This document shows positions 24,632-36,282 of a stretch of DNA of 64,000 bases, piece after piece. The DNA comes from Lingula anatina (Eukaryota; Animalia; Brachiopoda). Location of the stretch: positions 25,606,001 to 25,670,000 of the forward strand of contig CM120642.1 of assembly GCA_051362555.1 (NCBI GenBank), read 5' to 3'. The notes under the pieces were generated by a model. That model was not told the DNA's origin. It saw nothing but the letters and a program-made list of their open reading frames with translations, and made no database searches. The position numbers and the translations under genes are program-made. How positions within the stretch are numbered: the first letter of the stretch is position 1; every line of letters starts with the position of its first letter.

Positions 24632-25523
24632 TCACGCATTTTGGATTTCAGTTTTCTTCTTCTTTTCGCCCTGTTTATTCCAGTAACTTAACTCAGCATC
24701 AAGCACTTCCATTTTTCTTTTATGTTCTTCTTCCATGTACTCCATCTTCAGGTACTCGAGTTCAGCACGGTGTCGTTCTTGCTGCATTGCCAAGCATCGG
24801 GATTGAGCAGGAGTGACCTGGGTTTTCCTGACCGGCGGAGTGGATGAAGTGGGTTGCTTTCCAGTCTCATCTAGATCTGTAATAGTGACAGTTGATGGAG
24901 TGGGTTCATCATCAACAAGGCTATCATGTTGAATGTCATGCTGATCGTCGCGTACAGCATCTTTTTTATCTGTAATGAAGTATTGCAATAAAGTAACCAT
25001 TTTACAGTTATACTTTGTCATATACATTCAAATAACTTAATATTGTGCGGAAAATATGACAATCTATTTATACAGGCGATTACAATATCATCAATAGCAG
25101 TAATAATAAACAGCATTCTAGGTAACTACTACGAATAAATACCTTGCTCCACATTGTCATTATCATAGGGGTTGGACAAACTGTCGATCTGTGATGGTAT
25201 AATGGCTGCTACAGCAGAGGCAGTTTCATCCGCAACACTACTTCGACCGCCACCAGTCAGCTTTAATTGCTTCCCTCTTTTCCTTTGCAATAGACTTCTT
25301 AGCCCGAGATTTTATATTTTCCCAGCATTTTTTTTAGTTGCTTGCTGTCCCGTTTCTTCACCCCACTTTGCGAGTTGAACTCCTCTGACAAGCTTTCCTA
25401 TGTATCGTTTTTCTGCTTGATCATTTTGAAGTCATTTTTTTTACATTCCAGAACGGATTTGTTTTTGTCCACTTATTCAGTCAGTAGAGACTTCTCTAGC
25501 TCAGAGAAGTATTATCTGGACAT
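24632..25523 (-). pseudogene. Harbinger ORF2 Myb/SANT-like DNA-binding protein, 2 exons (25523-25143, ~24969-24632), inactivated
   Basis: MSR*YFSELEKSLLTE*VDKNKSVLECKKND..QKNDT*ESLSEEFNSQSGVKKRDSKQLKKCWENIKSRAKK..(frameshift)TGGG is a Myb_DNA-bind_5-type pattern with 3 stops; exon 2 encodes a coiled-coil tail. Confidence 0.85.
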
Positions 25524-26071
25524 GGTGACTGCAGTCAGACTGACTAAAGTGATGTGCACACTCAATACAAGGAACTATTACTCAAGTGTCACTTAACTGA
25601 GTCACAGTTGAGTGAGCTTAGTGAAAGTGAACACATGTATCATTCAATGAGTGTGAGTAGTCACTCATTTTATTGAGATCACACTCACACTCACACTTGA
25701 GTTACTCTTCAGCCACACTTGAGTGAAACTCAGTTGAGTGTGAGTAGAGAGTGAGTGTGAGTGACCTTAAAGAATACGGGCGTAATTAACCTTGCAGTTA
25801 AACTCCACTCGGTTAATGGGGACATTATCTTTGTATATAAAATCATATTGATAATTGAAAGTCCCATTTGGAATTATCTCCTCATACTGTCACCAAAAAT
25901 TTCACATGCTGATTCAATCAAGAAAAAAACGTGTTTTAACCCACACACAGCTGAAGAAAACGTTACTTTGTTGATTTAAAATGATATCCGTAAGATATTG
26001 TGATATTGAAAATTAGCCATTTGATAAAATGTTAGCACAATGAATAAGCGACAAAAGAAGTGAATTACTTG

Positions 26072-27360
26072 CAGCAACCATAACAAAGCGACTAAAACTT
26101 GTAGCGAAAACATGATGTCTGTGATCTACCCTCTACCAGGGCCACAGATGGACTTTTCACAGAATATTCACAGATATGTCTTTAGATAAACAGACGTTCA
26201 TTTTACTATCTCTGACCCTGTAATGAAATCTCTAGGTTGATAACATGGCTGGTAATTGTTTGCATAACTGATCAGGCACTGCCGTTTAACATAACAGGCT
26301 AAGTTCCTTTGACAGCAATCAAGGCAGTTAATTGCTCTAATTTAAATCACTTGCTCTTTTGTGAAAGATTTAAATAACCCTTTCTAAATAACTTGTTAGT
26401 ACATATTGAAGATAACTGAGTAGCTCCCTACAGAGCGGGTACAATGCCATCTGCACGCGGGCAAATTTAATTGCTTCAATGTGGCCAAAAGTCACAGGGT
26501 GTCTTTTTTCCAATTTTTCCCTGTATAATCTACCACCCTGGTAGAGGGTATCTGTGATCCCAGGGGAACTATCCCGCTATTCTGAAGGTGAATATCAGCC
26601 GAATGGTGGCAATAAAAAACCCAGCCATGATGCCGTGTGTAAAAACAGGAAATGTCACAAACGGCGCTATGATGACATGCCCAATCCCAGGACTAATACG
26701 GACATGAACGTTATGACGTTGTGGCGTTATAGATTACAGGAATATTAGGTTTAGCGACCAAACATCCAAAAGCAGCTGAGGTGAACAGCATGCTTTGAAT
26801 GAGACCTGAAATCATGAAAAAGATTGAAGATTTGATGAAAAATATTAATGGGATCTGCCTACTTCAACGCTTACTCTCACTCGCTGCTCATCTGTTAAAA
26901 ATGCATATAAATGTATCAAAGTCAAACTATAGTGTCTCTTAGACAAAAACGTTTTTCGTGTAACTTTTTGACCATTAACCTATTGAGCAAAATGTTCATC
27001 AGCGTCTGCGGTTGACCTAGCGGTCAGTGAGTGACAATATATATATACTCACATCAGTCTGACCACAATTACCGTTCACCTCATGGTAAGGATACCTAAA
27101 GCAGGTATGGGCGCCTATAGCACGAAATGCCGACAAATGAGGTAAGCTGGCCGTAAGCTAACAACGGTAAGATGAATTTACATGTACTCTAGTTTGTGTT
27201 CATTAACGTCAATACTGTCCTTACCTATTGTCGCAAGACTTCCACCTATGGCAGAATCCTCGGCAAAAGTGGCGTTAAACACACCCCAGCTCATGTGATA
27301 TCCGTTAAAAGTCATAAAACACATGACCGAAACAAATACAAACTTCCATCCATGATACAT
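26072..27360 (-). pseudogene. MFS copy B pseudogene: exon 1 (27360-27225) and disrupted exon 2 (26805-~26072); exons 3-7 missing
   Basis: Homologous to copy A exons 1-2; exon 2 carries indels and a 424-bp transposon insertion. Confidence 0.85.
26127..26550. mobile_element. Non-autonomous DNA transposon with 9-bp TSD (MULE-like) inserted in MFS exon 2
   Basis: Perfect 15-bp TIR TACCCTCTACCAGGG / CCCTGGTAGAGGGTA; TSD TCTGTGATC at 26118-26126 and 26551-26559. A related left end occurs at ~48828. Confidence 0.92.
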
Positions 27361-28556
27361 CGTAAATGTGCGAGATTTTAATACAGCAGTAGCTATGCAA
27401 AATACAAGAGCGCTTGCAGGCGTACGTGCGGATGCACTGTGTACTTAATTTTGTTCAACAGAATGTATAACTCAACTCACTGTGTATGGTTAGCATATCA
27501 TGCCATTTATCACGGCGTCATTAGAGTTAAACTATATATATACTCCATTTATATCATTATCCTTTGTACGTATAACTATTATGATAATTGACTGCCATTT
27601 CACGAGAAAGCCAACCAAATAGCACCAAGATGGGGGTCAACAGATTTTAAGGAAAATTGGTGGTGTGAAGATGTGTCTTAAGGAGTTATAACCTTCTGTG
27701 AAGTAAAATGACAAATATCCATTCTTGGCAAAAATGTAGGATGTACAATATTTGCACTGGTTTCGCCCCGAGATGACCAGTTTCACTGCCCTTTAAATAT
27801 GGTACCTATACTTAAAAGATTGGTTAGAAGGTGTAAATGATCCGAAAGGACAAAGAGTTACTGTATTTGCTGACGACTTAAAAAAAATTCGTACTTGTTG
27901 TTTGGTTAGAGATCTTCAATACTTACAATGTCATACATTTTTAGCAAAATCTATAAACATAAATTATATTCACAGTAATATTATGAAAACGGGTTGAAAT
28001 GATATTGAGAGACACCTTATAGACTATAGTAAGTTTATTTGTTGTTGCACAGTTGACCGACCAAACAAGTTACTCCTGAAAGTCTGCTCTGACAATATTA
28101 CTAGAAATTAACATGCTTTTCCATTTTTGCAAATGTAAAATATCTGGAGTGTTATAAACCCCAAATCGTCCAAAGTAATTTCTTTTGGGCCCACTTGCTT
28201 CATATTTCTTGCCATTATGCTACTGGTACGAAATATTTTTATGTGCTGACCGCAAATGCGATAGTTTGGATTATTTATTGGCGAGTTTACTCGTGTCTAA
28301 CACGTAACTGCTGGTACTATAGTATTCATTTTTCTTCATAAAATTGACATTTAATACACACTAGTTCATGGTACTGTGAATGTAGAGTTATGGACTATCA
28401 CAGCTATGTTGTATCTAAATCCTTTTTATGGAAGTTTTCAGATTCACTCGCAGCGTTTTTGTTAGAGCACGGTATAGTCAGGCAGTGCGGTCGTTTTTGT
28501 TTTCGAATAAAGAGATCAGTGTTTAAAAGAGATGCAGAAACATGACCAAAGCGGTG

Positions 28557-29122
28557 GAGGGCGAGTCAATAAATAACCAGCCTAACCTATTTCGGGTTGA
28601 GATCTACTTCTTTTTCAATATAATTTCCCTCCAGGGCAATGCACTTGGACCAACGGTGTTCAAGTGCAATCAGCCCAGAAGTGAAGAAGTCAGGGTCCTT
28701 TCCATTGAACCACTCTTCAACTGCGGCCACGACTTCTTCGTCCACAGGGCGTCCAGACCTGGATTCATCTTCTAAAGACGTTCTACCGCGTTTAAACTCC
28801 CCAACCCAGAATTTTACTTGCGCATGATATGGTGCAAAAGACCCATACACGTCAACTAACTCGGCATGTATGTCCTTACCAGTTTTACCTTTCAAATTTC
28901 AAATGCAAGTACCGAATTACAGCACGGTACTCCATTTTTGATGAAAAGCTTGCTTTTACATCACTAGCCATGTTTGACATTCAATATCTGACAAACAAAT
29001 GACCGTATTCATGTATAGTTTTGTACCCAGGTACAATACATGTATTGAAACAATGCGTGATGTCGTGGATGTCTCGGTTGATGGGAAATATGTTAGGCTG
29101 GTTATATATTGACTCGCCCTCG
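28557..29122 (-). mobile_element. Internally deleted mariner (Tc1/mariner) element
   Basis: TIR (C)GAGGGCGAGTCAATA(A/T)ATAACCAGCCTAAC; TA after the right end; N-terminal HTH (IHAELVDVYG..VKFWVGEFKRGRTSLEDESRSGRP) fused to the C-terminus (RWSKCIALEGNYIEK). Empty site in the paralogous duplication at ~36990-37005. Confidence 0.92.
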
Positions 29123-30117
29123 TATAAAATAATACTTCGAATAAATGTTGCGAAGAACATTTGTATTTGCTCCAAGTGTATTGAAATTTGAAATTTACGT
29201 TTGTTCATACTTTTAAAAAGTAGTCAAACATTTTATGGCTTTGGTTATAAAATTCCTTACTTATATTTCACAGTGGTATTTAGATGTCAAGGACTTTAAA
29301 GCCTCGGCTTTAATTCGGTTGTCATTAATGAATTGTGGTTTGGATATTGAAAAGGTTTGCTTGTCTAACATGCCAACCACAACTTCTAAGTCAAAAGAGG
29401 ATGGGAAATGATCAACACGTTATTTTTCATTTTTTGGTACTTTATTGACAAATTACAGTTTGACTATATAAATAATGCCTGTGTTAACCTGCGTTGACAG
29501 TTTTTAATGATATATTATTCAACTTCATTCATTAGTAAAATAAAAACCATAGGAAACTTAACTTACTGAAGGGTGGAATATCTGTACTTAAGGACACTTC
29601 GTGGTTGAATTTGGCACAATACTGTGCATCTATTTCAAAAGGCTGAAGCCTGATAATAAAAGTGAAAGCATTTATGCCTTTACTTATGAAAACTTTTAAA
29701 TACAAACTCATGAATGGATATATACAATAAAATTTATATTTAATTATTATCAGCTCTGAATAAAATGTACCAGGGGAAAGATGTCAGGAAGTATAAATTA
29801 TAATCAGATTTGAAATTATGATGATGAACATTAAATACAAATGCAACAAATAAACAATACAGAATCAAAATGCAAACTATGTCACAATCTGTGTAAAAGA
29901 TATGCCAAACAGAAATCTTACAATGATACTAGTAGTATATGTTCGCAAAACTCAACATTAAATTTTTAAGCGACCACCACAACCCCACCCCCTCACGTTG
30001 GCAAAATGTTATTTATTTTCCTCACTGCCAAACATTAAGTCTGTTGTATATGATTTCTTGTCTTAAACGATGCGAGAAAAATATTTAATTGAGGATTTCA
30101 TTAAATCATTAAACTTA

Positions 30118-30292
30118 AGCCTTATTCAGAATAGGGGACTAACTAGTCCGAGGGTCAAATATGGCCGACCCCTTGAATACTTCCGCACGGGATATCTATT
30201 TAGTGTCTACTAGCGGATTAGACGACTCGCTTTGTGGTGGGTTGCCATATATGACCCTCGGACTAGTTAGTCCCCTATTCTAAATGGGGCCT
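30118..30292. mobile_element. Palindromic MITE (Harbinger-like); second copy ~38001-38176
   Basis: AGAATAGGGGACTAACTAGTCCGAGGGTCA...TGACCCTCGGACTAGTTAGTCCCCTATTCT inverted arms. Confidence 0.85.
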
Positions 30293-30800
30293 TACACTTA
30301 GCATATCTTACTTTTACGCTCCAAACCAATCCGCAGTACCATGTTGTTCTGTTTTCTATAACATTTATTTATTTATTTGTATTATATTTGTTGAAGATTT
30401 AACAAAAGGCAAAAGTTGATAATGCACAGTAAGTGATACAGGAATTCTATATTCATATCGACAGTATATGATGCTACTCGTACCTCTCTTCTGATTTCCA
30501 GCACACCCGAAATGTAGTAAGGCGTTTTGTACATATTATAGATTTCTTTTGAGCAGTTTTTAGCACCTTTGCTTTGACCAACGGGCAGTCCATTATAAAT
30601 GTCTATATCAATGCTTATATTGGAATAGTAGAAAAATATACTTCTTACGTACACTGCAACGCATTACTTTCGTGTCCCAAACGTGTGTTTGACATGCTGT
30701 TCTTAAAAATATTTTACTGTTGCCGCTGTAGAAAGTACATCTGTATATATGATTTCGAACGAGCAAAATGATAGCACAGTATCCAGTTACTGATTCGCAT

Positions 30801-31335
30801 TTACTTCTGCATAGGAATTATCTCAGCGTGTTTTGTTTTCGTCGAAAATTTATTCATTACTACAATAGTGGACATAGTTATGCTGCATATAAAATACCCA
30901 ATAGCCAATATCACAAAGACCAATGAGTAGGACTTCTGCCAGTCGTATATAGCACCTGGAATAATGTAAGATATCCTGCATCATCGATGTGGTATGGATT
31001 TTGATGCAAAATATTATCAACTTAAATACAGTGTGTGTTGTAATGAGAAATTATGCGCCCTGGAAAACAGCGTTTCTTTGTTGTTCATTTTTTGTAATTT
31101 CAAATTACTATCTTCATATGCAAGATTATTATAAAATGACTAATCGACCTTTTAATCAGATATAATTTCTATTTACAAATGTCCAAAGTTCACTTATCCT
31201 GACAGTTTTACACAAGATATGAAAATAATTATTTTAAGACAACTGCTTCTTTATTTTGTTTAATTTCATACCTGAAAGATACGGCGCTGCAGCCATTCCA
31301 ACGTGTATACCACCAATGCAGATGACATATACTTG
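30801..31335 (-). pseudogene. MFS 3' fragment: exon 7 (30955-30801) and last 64 bp of exon 6 (31335-31272)
   Basis: Near-identical to copy C exons 6-7; homology stops at GATGACATATACTTG. Confidence 0.88.
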
Positions 31336-31680
31336 AGGCACTGTCTCGTTAATCTCAACTAACACAATTAGGCACTGTCTCGCCAATCTCAACTAACACA
31401 ATGAGGCACTATCTCGCTAATCTCAACTAACAAACTGAGGCACTTTCTCGCTAAGTAATAGATAGACCCCGAGTCGGCGAGGGTTATGTGGCATACACGA
31501 GTGCGTAGCACGAGTGGATGTCACATAACCCCCGCTGACGAGGGGTCTATCTTATTTAGACCACGGTCCATGAACGGGTTATAACGCATTCATGCGAGAC
31601 GTGCGGTTATGCGAGTTACACCACGTCCGAGTCTTTTGTTCTTCACTTACACCGTGGTCTAATCTCAACTAACACAATGT
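31336..31680 (+). repeat. 34-bp tandem repeat (AGGCACTGTCTCGCTAATCTCAACTAACACAATG, ~4 units), last unit interrupted by two abutting palindromic elements (~31460-31552, ~31556-31662)
   Basis: Direct reading; IRs AGATAGACCCC/GGGGTCTATCT and TTAGACCACGG/CCGTGGTCTAA. Confidence 0.85.
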
Positions 31681-32010
31681 GGTGGTTTGTGTCTCGTTTA
31701 GCCTCTTTTATCTATTGGATTTTTTTTTGTGATACAGTATAACCGCCACTAGACTGTCTGCTTTATACATGATCAAGGAATACCTGAGCTAGAAATATCA
31801 AAAGTTATGATAAACTGAGAGTCTCTCTTGTAAACTGAAGGATGCAGGCTGCTAACTTTGAATTGCCTGTGTAGTAATAAAGTAATGGTGACGCATACAT
31901 ATCATCAATATCCACGGGTAGTTAGATGTACAATTTCTTGGAACCTTATACGGATATTTTAATTATTGACCGAATTTTACAATTGGATCACTTGAGTTAT
32001 CAGAACTACG

Positions 32011-32012
<2 letters not shown>

Positions 32013-32041
<29 letters not shown>
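32013..32041. repeat. (AC)n microsatellite
   Basis: Direct reading. Confidence 0.95.
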
Positions 32042-32045
<4 letters not shown>

Positions 32046-33244
32046 CATTATTTGATACTTATCACACTAGCTAAAACACAATGAGGGATCTGGAGTTGTC
32101 AATGTATAGTATCTGAGCAATATATCAAGGTAACAGATTTTGTTATTAAGCTATGAATTAGTAAACATGTATAAAATGTTAGAATTGAATGCATATACGA
32201 TAGACAATTCTGTAGACCTAAAGCAATACAGTACATGTATATCCTAATCAATAACCATAGACGAGCTGCATTATACGATCCCCATCAATCGCTATTATTT
32301 ATTGGATACGAGGTGAAAACACAGTGAGATGTAATTTTTTATTCGACGCCCCGAAGGCATCTATATACAGAAAATTCTTACTTGGAGAACGCTGCTTAAA
32401 CCGACAGTAAAAAAGGATTTAACATTTTTTATGCCTTTTTTCTAAAACAGTTGCACACCACTAAGAGCACAAAATGCTTTTATTGATGGCGATCGCAGTT
32501 ACGGATGTTGCAATTGTCGATGGACGTTGTAAGTATATAGATCACGTACGCTTGTTTATTCCTTCATTTTGTTGCACTGAAATTTACTGTCATTTTTTTT
32601 TAAATTAAACATGAAATAAGTTACACTTATTACTGATCCACTTTCGTAAAAGAAGGAGACTAGAGAAAAAAAAAGAGACATTGATTAGGAGTTACAAAAA
32701 TGAAATCGTAAATTGCAATTTTCTCAACTCCTTTTATTAAGATAAACCTTTGTGATAAAGAGAAATTCCAGTCCCTGCGAAGTAGATCGATCTAGGTAGA
32801 ACTATAGATTCATTGAAAATGATCCCTTATAGAAAATAGTCAAGCAAGGAAGCATGTTCTTATCCACAAAACGCAGTGACTTTCGGAATCAGAACAAACT
32901 ACGCCCCACAGGGGCGGATTTAGGGGGGTAATCACTGAAAAAAATAACACCAATGGTCCCCTCTTGAAATTGGAGTTTTGACTAGCTGAATCATAGTTCT
33001 ACACCGTACCAAATGGCACCGTTGGCCCTCTATAATAACAAAAATTTTAGGGGCCTGATGACAGCTAATTTTCGTTGGGTCGTGACTTTGATATGGTTAT
33101 TTGAATACTTCTCTCCTTTTTACGCGTTTTATTTGTGCCTGACTATTTCAGAATTAGGCTATCAACATTTTTTAAGACCCCTTCTACAAAAACTCATCGG
33201 AATAGAAATATATATCTCTCAAGAGCTGCTATGCTTTTTTTCAG

Positions 33245-34743
33245 CGGTTCTTCCTCGCCCAGCGGGTTTTTGGCCGCTCACAAAACGATACCGGGGCTTG
33301 GACGTCAGTGGGAACGGTAACCACGCCCAAGTGCAGGAGGTCGATTTCAACGCAGGTAAGTGAGCCACAGAGGGAAAGAATAGCAAGGGAACTTTTTTTT
33401 TGGCTTCGAACACAATGGCAACATCGTCACAGTATTAATTAATTTATAATAAATATTATTGTACAACCCGAGTAGTTGTGTTGAGTAGGTAACAAAAACA
33501 TTTAAAATCGTCATAATATTAAAAAGTATCTGGTGGAGTTTTGTTGTTTTGTTAAAGGGGGTGTGTGCATCAAGATAAAAAATATATTTAAAAAATCAGT
33601 AGACGACGAGAACAATTTTACTTATTTCTTGTCATTCCTCTAGACATTTATGGCACTGGTGAAGGCTCGGCTAAATTTGCAGGCACAGTTTCTTCCTTCG
33701 TCGAAATCCCAAACAATGGAGCACTGAACGTCAGTTCTTTCACGTGGCTGGCCTACGTGCGCCTACGAAGCATGTCAAATCCGGGTCCACTGTTTAACTT
33801 TCGTGGTAGCGAGGACACATATTATTACGGAACTCACATATGGGCTGGCTTATATGGGAAACTCTACATTCGCCCTATGACAAAGGAGATAGTCAGTCTT
33901 CCAGAGTCCTATTACTTATATGTACTCACTGACGCTGCCTGGGTCTATGCCGGTTTCACGTACGATGCCAAGTCCGGGCTGATCAGGATGTGGGTGGACG
34001 GCGTCGAAGCGGGCCAGCTTCAGAACACCCCTCACCTGAATCATATCACCGACACACCTGTCCGCATCGGCGCCAAACACAGCTCCACGGGAGACCCCAG
34101 GTATTTCTCCGGTGCCATGAATTGTGTCCAATGGTACGGAGCCGCTTTATCTGCAGAACAAATCCAACAGACCGTGGAGCTGTGCAGAGAGACTGGTAAG
34201 TAGAATGGTGATAATTAAGTAATATGTTCAGAATCTACATTAGACTACATGCTGAATGACGGTGACCAGGTTATGTTTTCACCTCCGTTTGTCTGTCTGT
34301 CTGTCTGTTCGTTTGCTTAATTGCTTGTTTTTTTTTCTTTTTAATATAACTATTTTGTTTGTCACAAAGCTTACTCAAAAACTTGCGGATGGATTTCGAT
34401 GAAATTTTCAGGATAGGTCAGAAGTGGACTGTATTAATTTATCTTGCAATTAAGAAAGTTTGCGTCTCTTTCAGTGCACGGAGCACAGTACAAGGTTCAC
34501 CGTGGTTACGCTGTTGGCACTGACTCTTCACTTACATACAGATCCGAGCAGAACATCCATTGTCTCATAGAATGCACCGCCCTCTGTTCCCGAGACTACA
34601 ACTGTCTATCAGTGAATTATTTGGAGTCTACTTCAACCTGTGAGCTCAGCAAATACTCCACCGTCTACAACAGCAGCCTACAGCTTACCCGACGTTCAGA
34701 GGGCGAGGTGCACGCCGAACTGTTGCATCCAGTGAATGTGTAG
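33245..34743 (+). CDS. LamG-like (concanavalin A jellyroll) + PAN/Apple domain protein; exons 33245-33355, 33644-34195, 34475-34743; first exon uncertain (candidate 32081-32129)
   Basis: All phase-1 GT-AG junctions. GFWPL..DVSGNGNHA..SAKFAGTVSSFVEIPN..SFTWLAYV..WVYAGFTYD..MWVDG..RIGA..YFSGAMNCVQWYGAALSAEQI is a Laminin_G_3 pattern; C..C...C....C.SVNY.....CELS is PAN/Apple. Confidence 0.85.
34267..34430 (+). mobile_element. Partial Helentron/DINE-like (HINE) element in the last LamG-PAN intron
   Basis: AGGTTATGTTTTCACC + (GTCT)n + GATGAAATTTTCAGG..GTCAGAAGTGGAC shared with 54319-54567. Confidence 0.75.
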
Positions 34744-35812
34744 TGTGGTTAATTTCAGTTGCGACTCCAGACTAAGGGCTCATTCCCAATACAACTACCG
34801 TTCTACGTAGATCGATCCAAATCCACGGGGGACTTTTGCTGAATGCAATCAAATTAACACTACCCCTCTCGGCGTAGTGCGGTGATAAACGTAATTTCCA
34901 TGATCTTTAGTACTCTCTTACCACTGCAAGTGCTGTAGTCTGTTTCAAAATTATTGTATCGGATGCTATACTTAAATTTTGTATTCATTCTAGAGGCTCT
35001 TGATATGAAAGGATAGATCTTTATACGGTTGAAAGCCTAGCCAGCGTTCTTCTGCACATGCCTTTTTGGCTGTTGAGATTATTTTTTATTTACTACTCAT
35101 TCCTTTATTTGTGCGGGCTGTAAAAGCTAATGAGGTTTATACATTTAACATACTAATCAATATTTTGCTTAAAATATGAAAATTAATGTTTGTTGTAAGA
35201 TGTCATGGATTGTGCGACAGACTGCCCGATAAGGAGAGAGATAGGCAGGGTATTGTCATATGTAAACAGAATTTATTCTTGTTGTATAGTGCAAGTGCTT
35301 GGTTCATGTGCTTATTTTCCACTGTATTCACTCGGATTTACAACAGATCATAAAATTGGTGAAAAATGATGGGAAACAATAAATAGAACGTAGGTTTTTA
35401 TACACTAAAATTACTGATTGTAATCTTTAAATCAAGATGCAAATTACTGTTCCTATAGTCCTAGGCTAGGGAACAGCCGCCTTTTCTGTTACTGTTTATC
35501 AGATAAACAAAATATATTGATTTGTACTAATGGGTTATAACTGTGTCTCTTCAATAAATGATGCTTCAAGCCATGTCATGTATTGTATTCAGTGAGTAAT
35601 GATAAGAGGTGGGTTGAGTTTTAGGACCCAGTAGCCCTTGGTGCACTCAATGAAAACTTCAAATTCAAGCGACTGGGGATGTGTTTGAGTCCAAATAAGT
35701 GACTTCTATGGTAATGTACATTTAATATTAACACTGAATGCACGTTCTTTTAATCCAGCACTGCAGGGGTAATCAACCAAAAGAGAATCTCATGCAAAAG
35801 AGTCCTTTAGAC

Positions 35813-35813
<1 letters not shown>

Positions 35814-35855
<42 letters not shown>
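35814..35855. repeat. (TG)n microsatellite
   Basis: Direct reading. Confidence 0.95.
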
Positions 35856-35857
<2 letters not shown>

Positions 35858-35976
35858 ATGAACAGTTCGTGTTCTTTTCACTCATTCCTTTTATTATGTC
35901 ATAAGTGGCTGTTCCATGGGTTACTAAATAATCAAACTGTGAAACTTTATATCTTTGTGTTGCTCTGAACAATCTG

Positions 35977-36276
35977 GGCTCCGTAACTCGAAAGCATCGC
36001 GAATTGCGAATAGCGATATCACCTTTCATTTCGAGGCTATTATATGGGGTGAGTAAATGCCGAGTTATGGAATAAACACGCTTGTGCTCGGTCGAAATTC
36101 GCGATGTTTTCGAGTTACGGAGCCCAGGGCTCCGTATCTCGAAAGGTTCGCTATGTTGCGCACGAGCGTTAGTGTCTCGATTCCATAACCGATTCTTCTA
36201 TTTCGAGATACGGGGCCATGGAATCGAGACACTTGCGCACGTGCGCAACATAGCGAACCTTTCGAGATACGGAGCC
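35977..36276. mobile_element. Two abutting palindromic Harbinger-like MITEs (35977-36124, 36128-36276) with CWG flanks
   Basis: CTG|GGCTCCGTAACTCGAAA..TTTCGAGTTACGGAGCC|CAG|GGCTCCGTATCTCGAAAGG..CCTTTCGAGATACGGAGCC|CTG. A truncated relative lies at ~49422-49520. Confidence 0.88.
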
Positions 36277-36282
36277 CTGGTG

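Larger units (their letters stand above)
23280..25782. mobile_element. Full-length decayed PIF/Harbinger DNA transposon (two convergent genes)
   Basis: TIR CTCCCGTATTCTATAAGGTCACTCACACTCAC / GTGAGTGTGAGTGACCTTAAAGAATACGGGCG; TTA/TAA flanks; subterminal CACTCA arrays; transposase plus Myb/SANT gene. Confidence 0.93.
27982..31335 (+). repeat. Recent ~2.8-kb segmental duplication, copy 1 (copy 2 at ~36420-39258)
   Basis: Colinear, with long identical runs, differing mainly by the mariner insert; ends abruptly inside MFS exon 6. Confidence 0.92.

Noticed and set aside
31336-31680. 34-bp repeats resembling a CRISPR array
   Set aside because: Units are head-to-tail without unique spacers, there are no cas genes, and the context is eukaryotic.
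32114-32116. In-frame TGA as selenocysteine
   Set aside because: It lies in a putative signal-peptide region, has no redox motif, and I could not identify a SECIS by eye.
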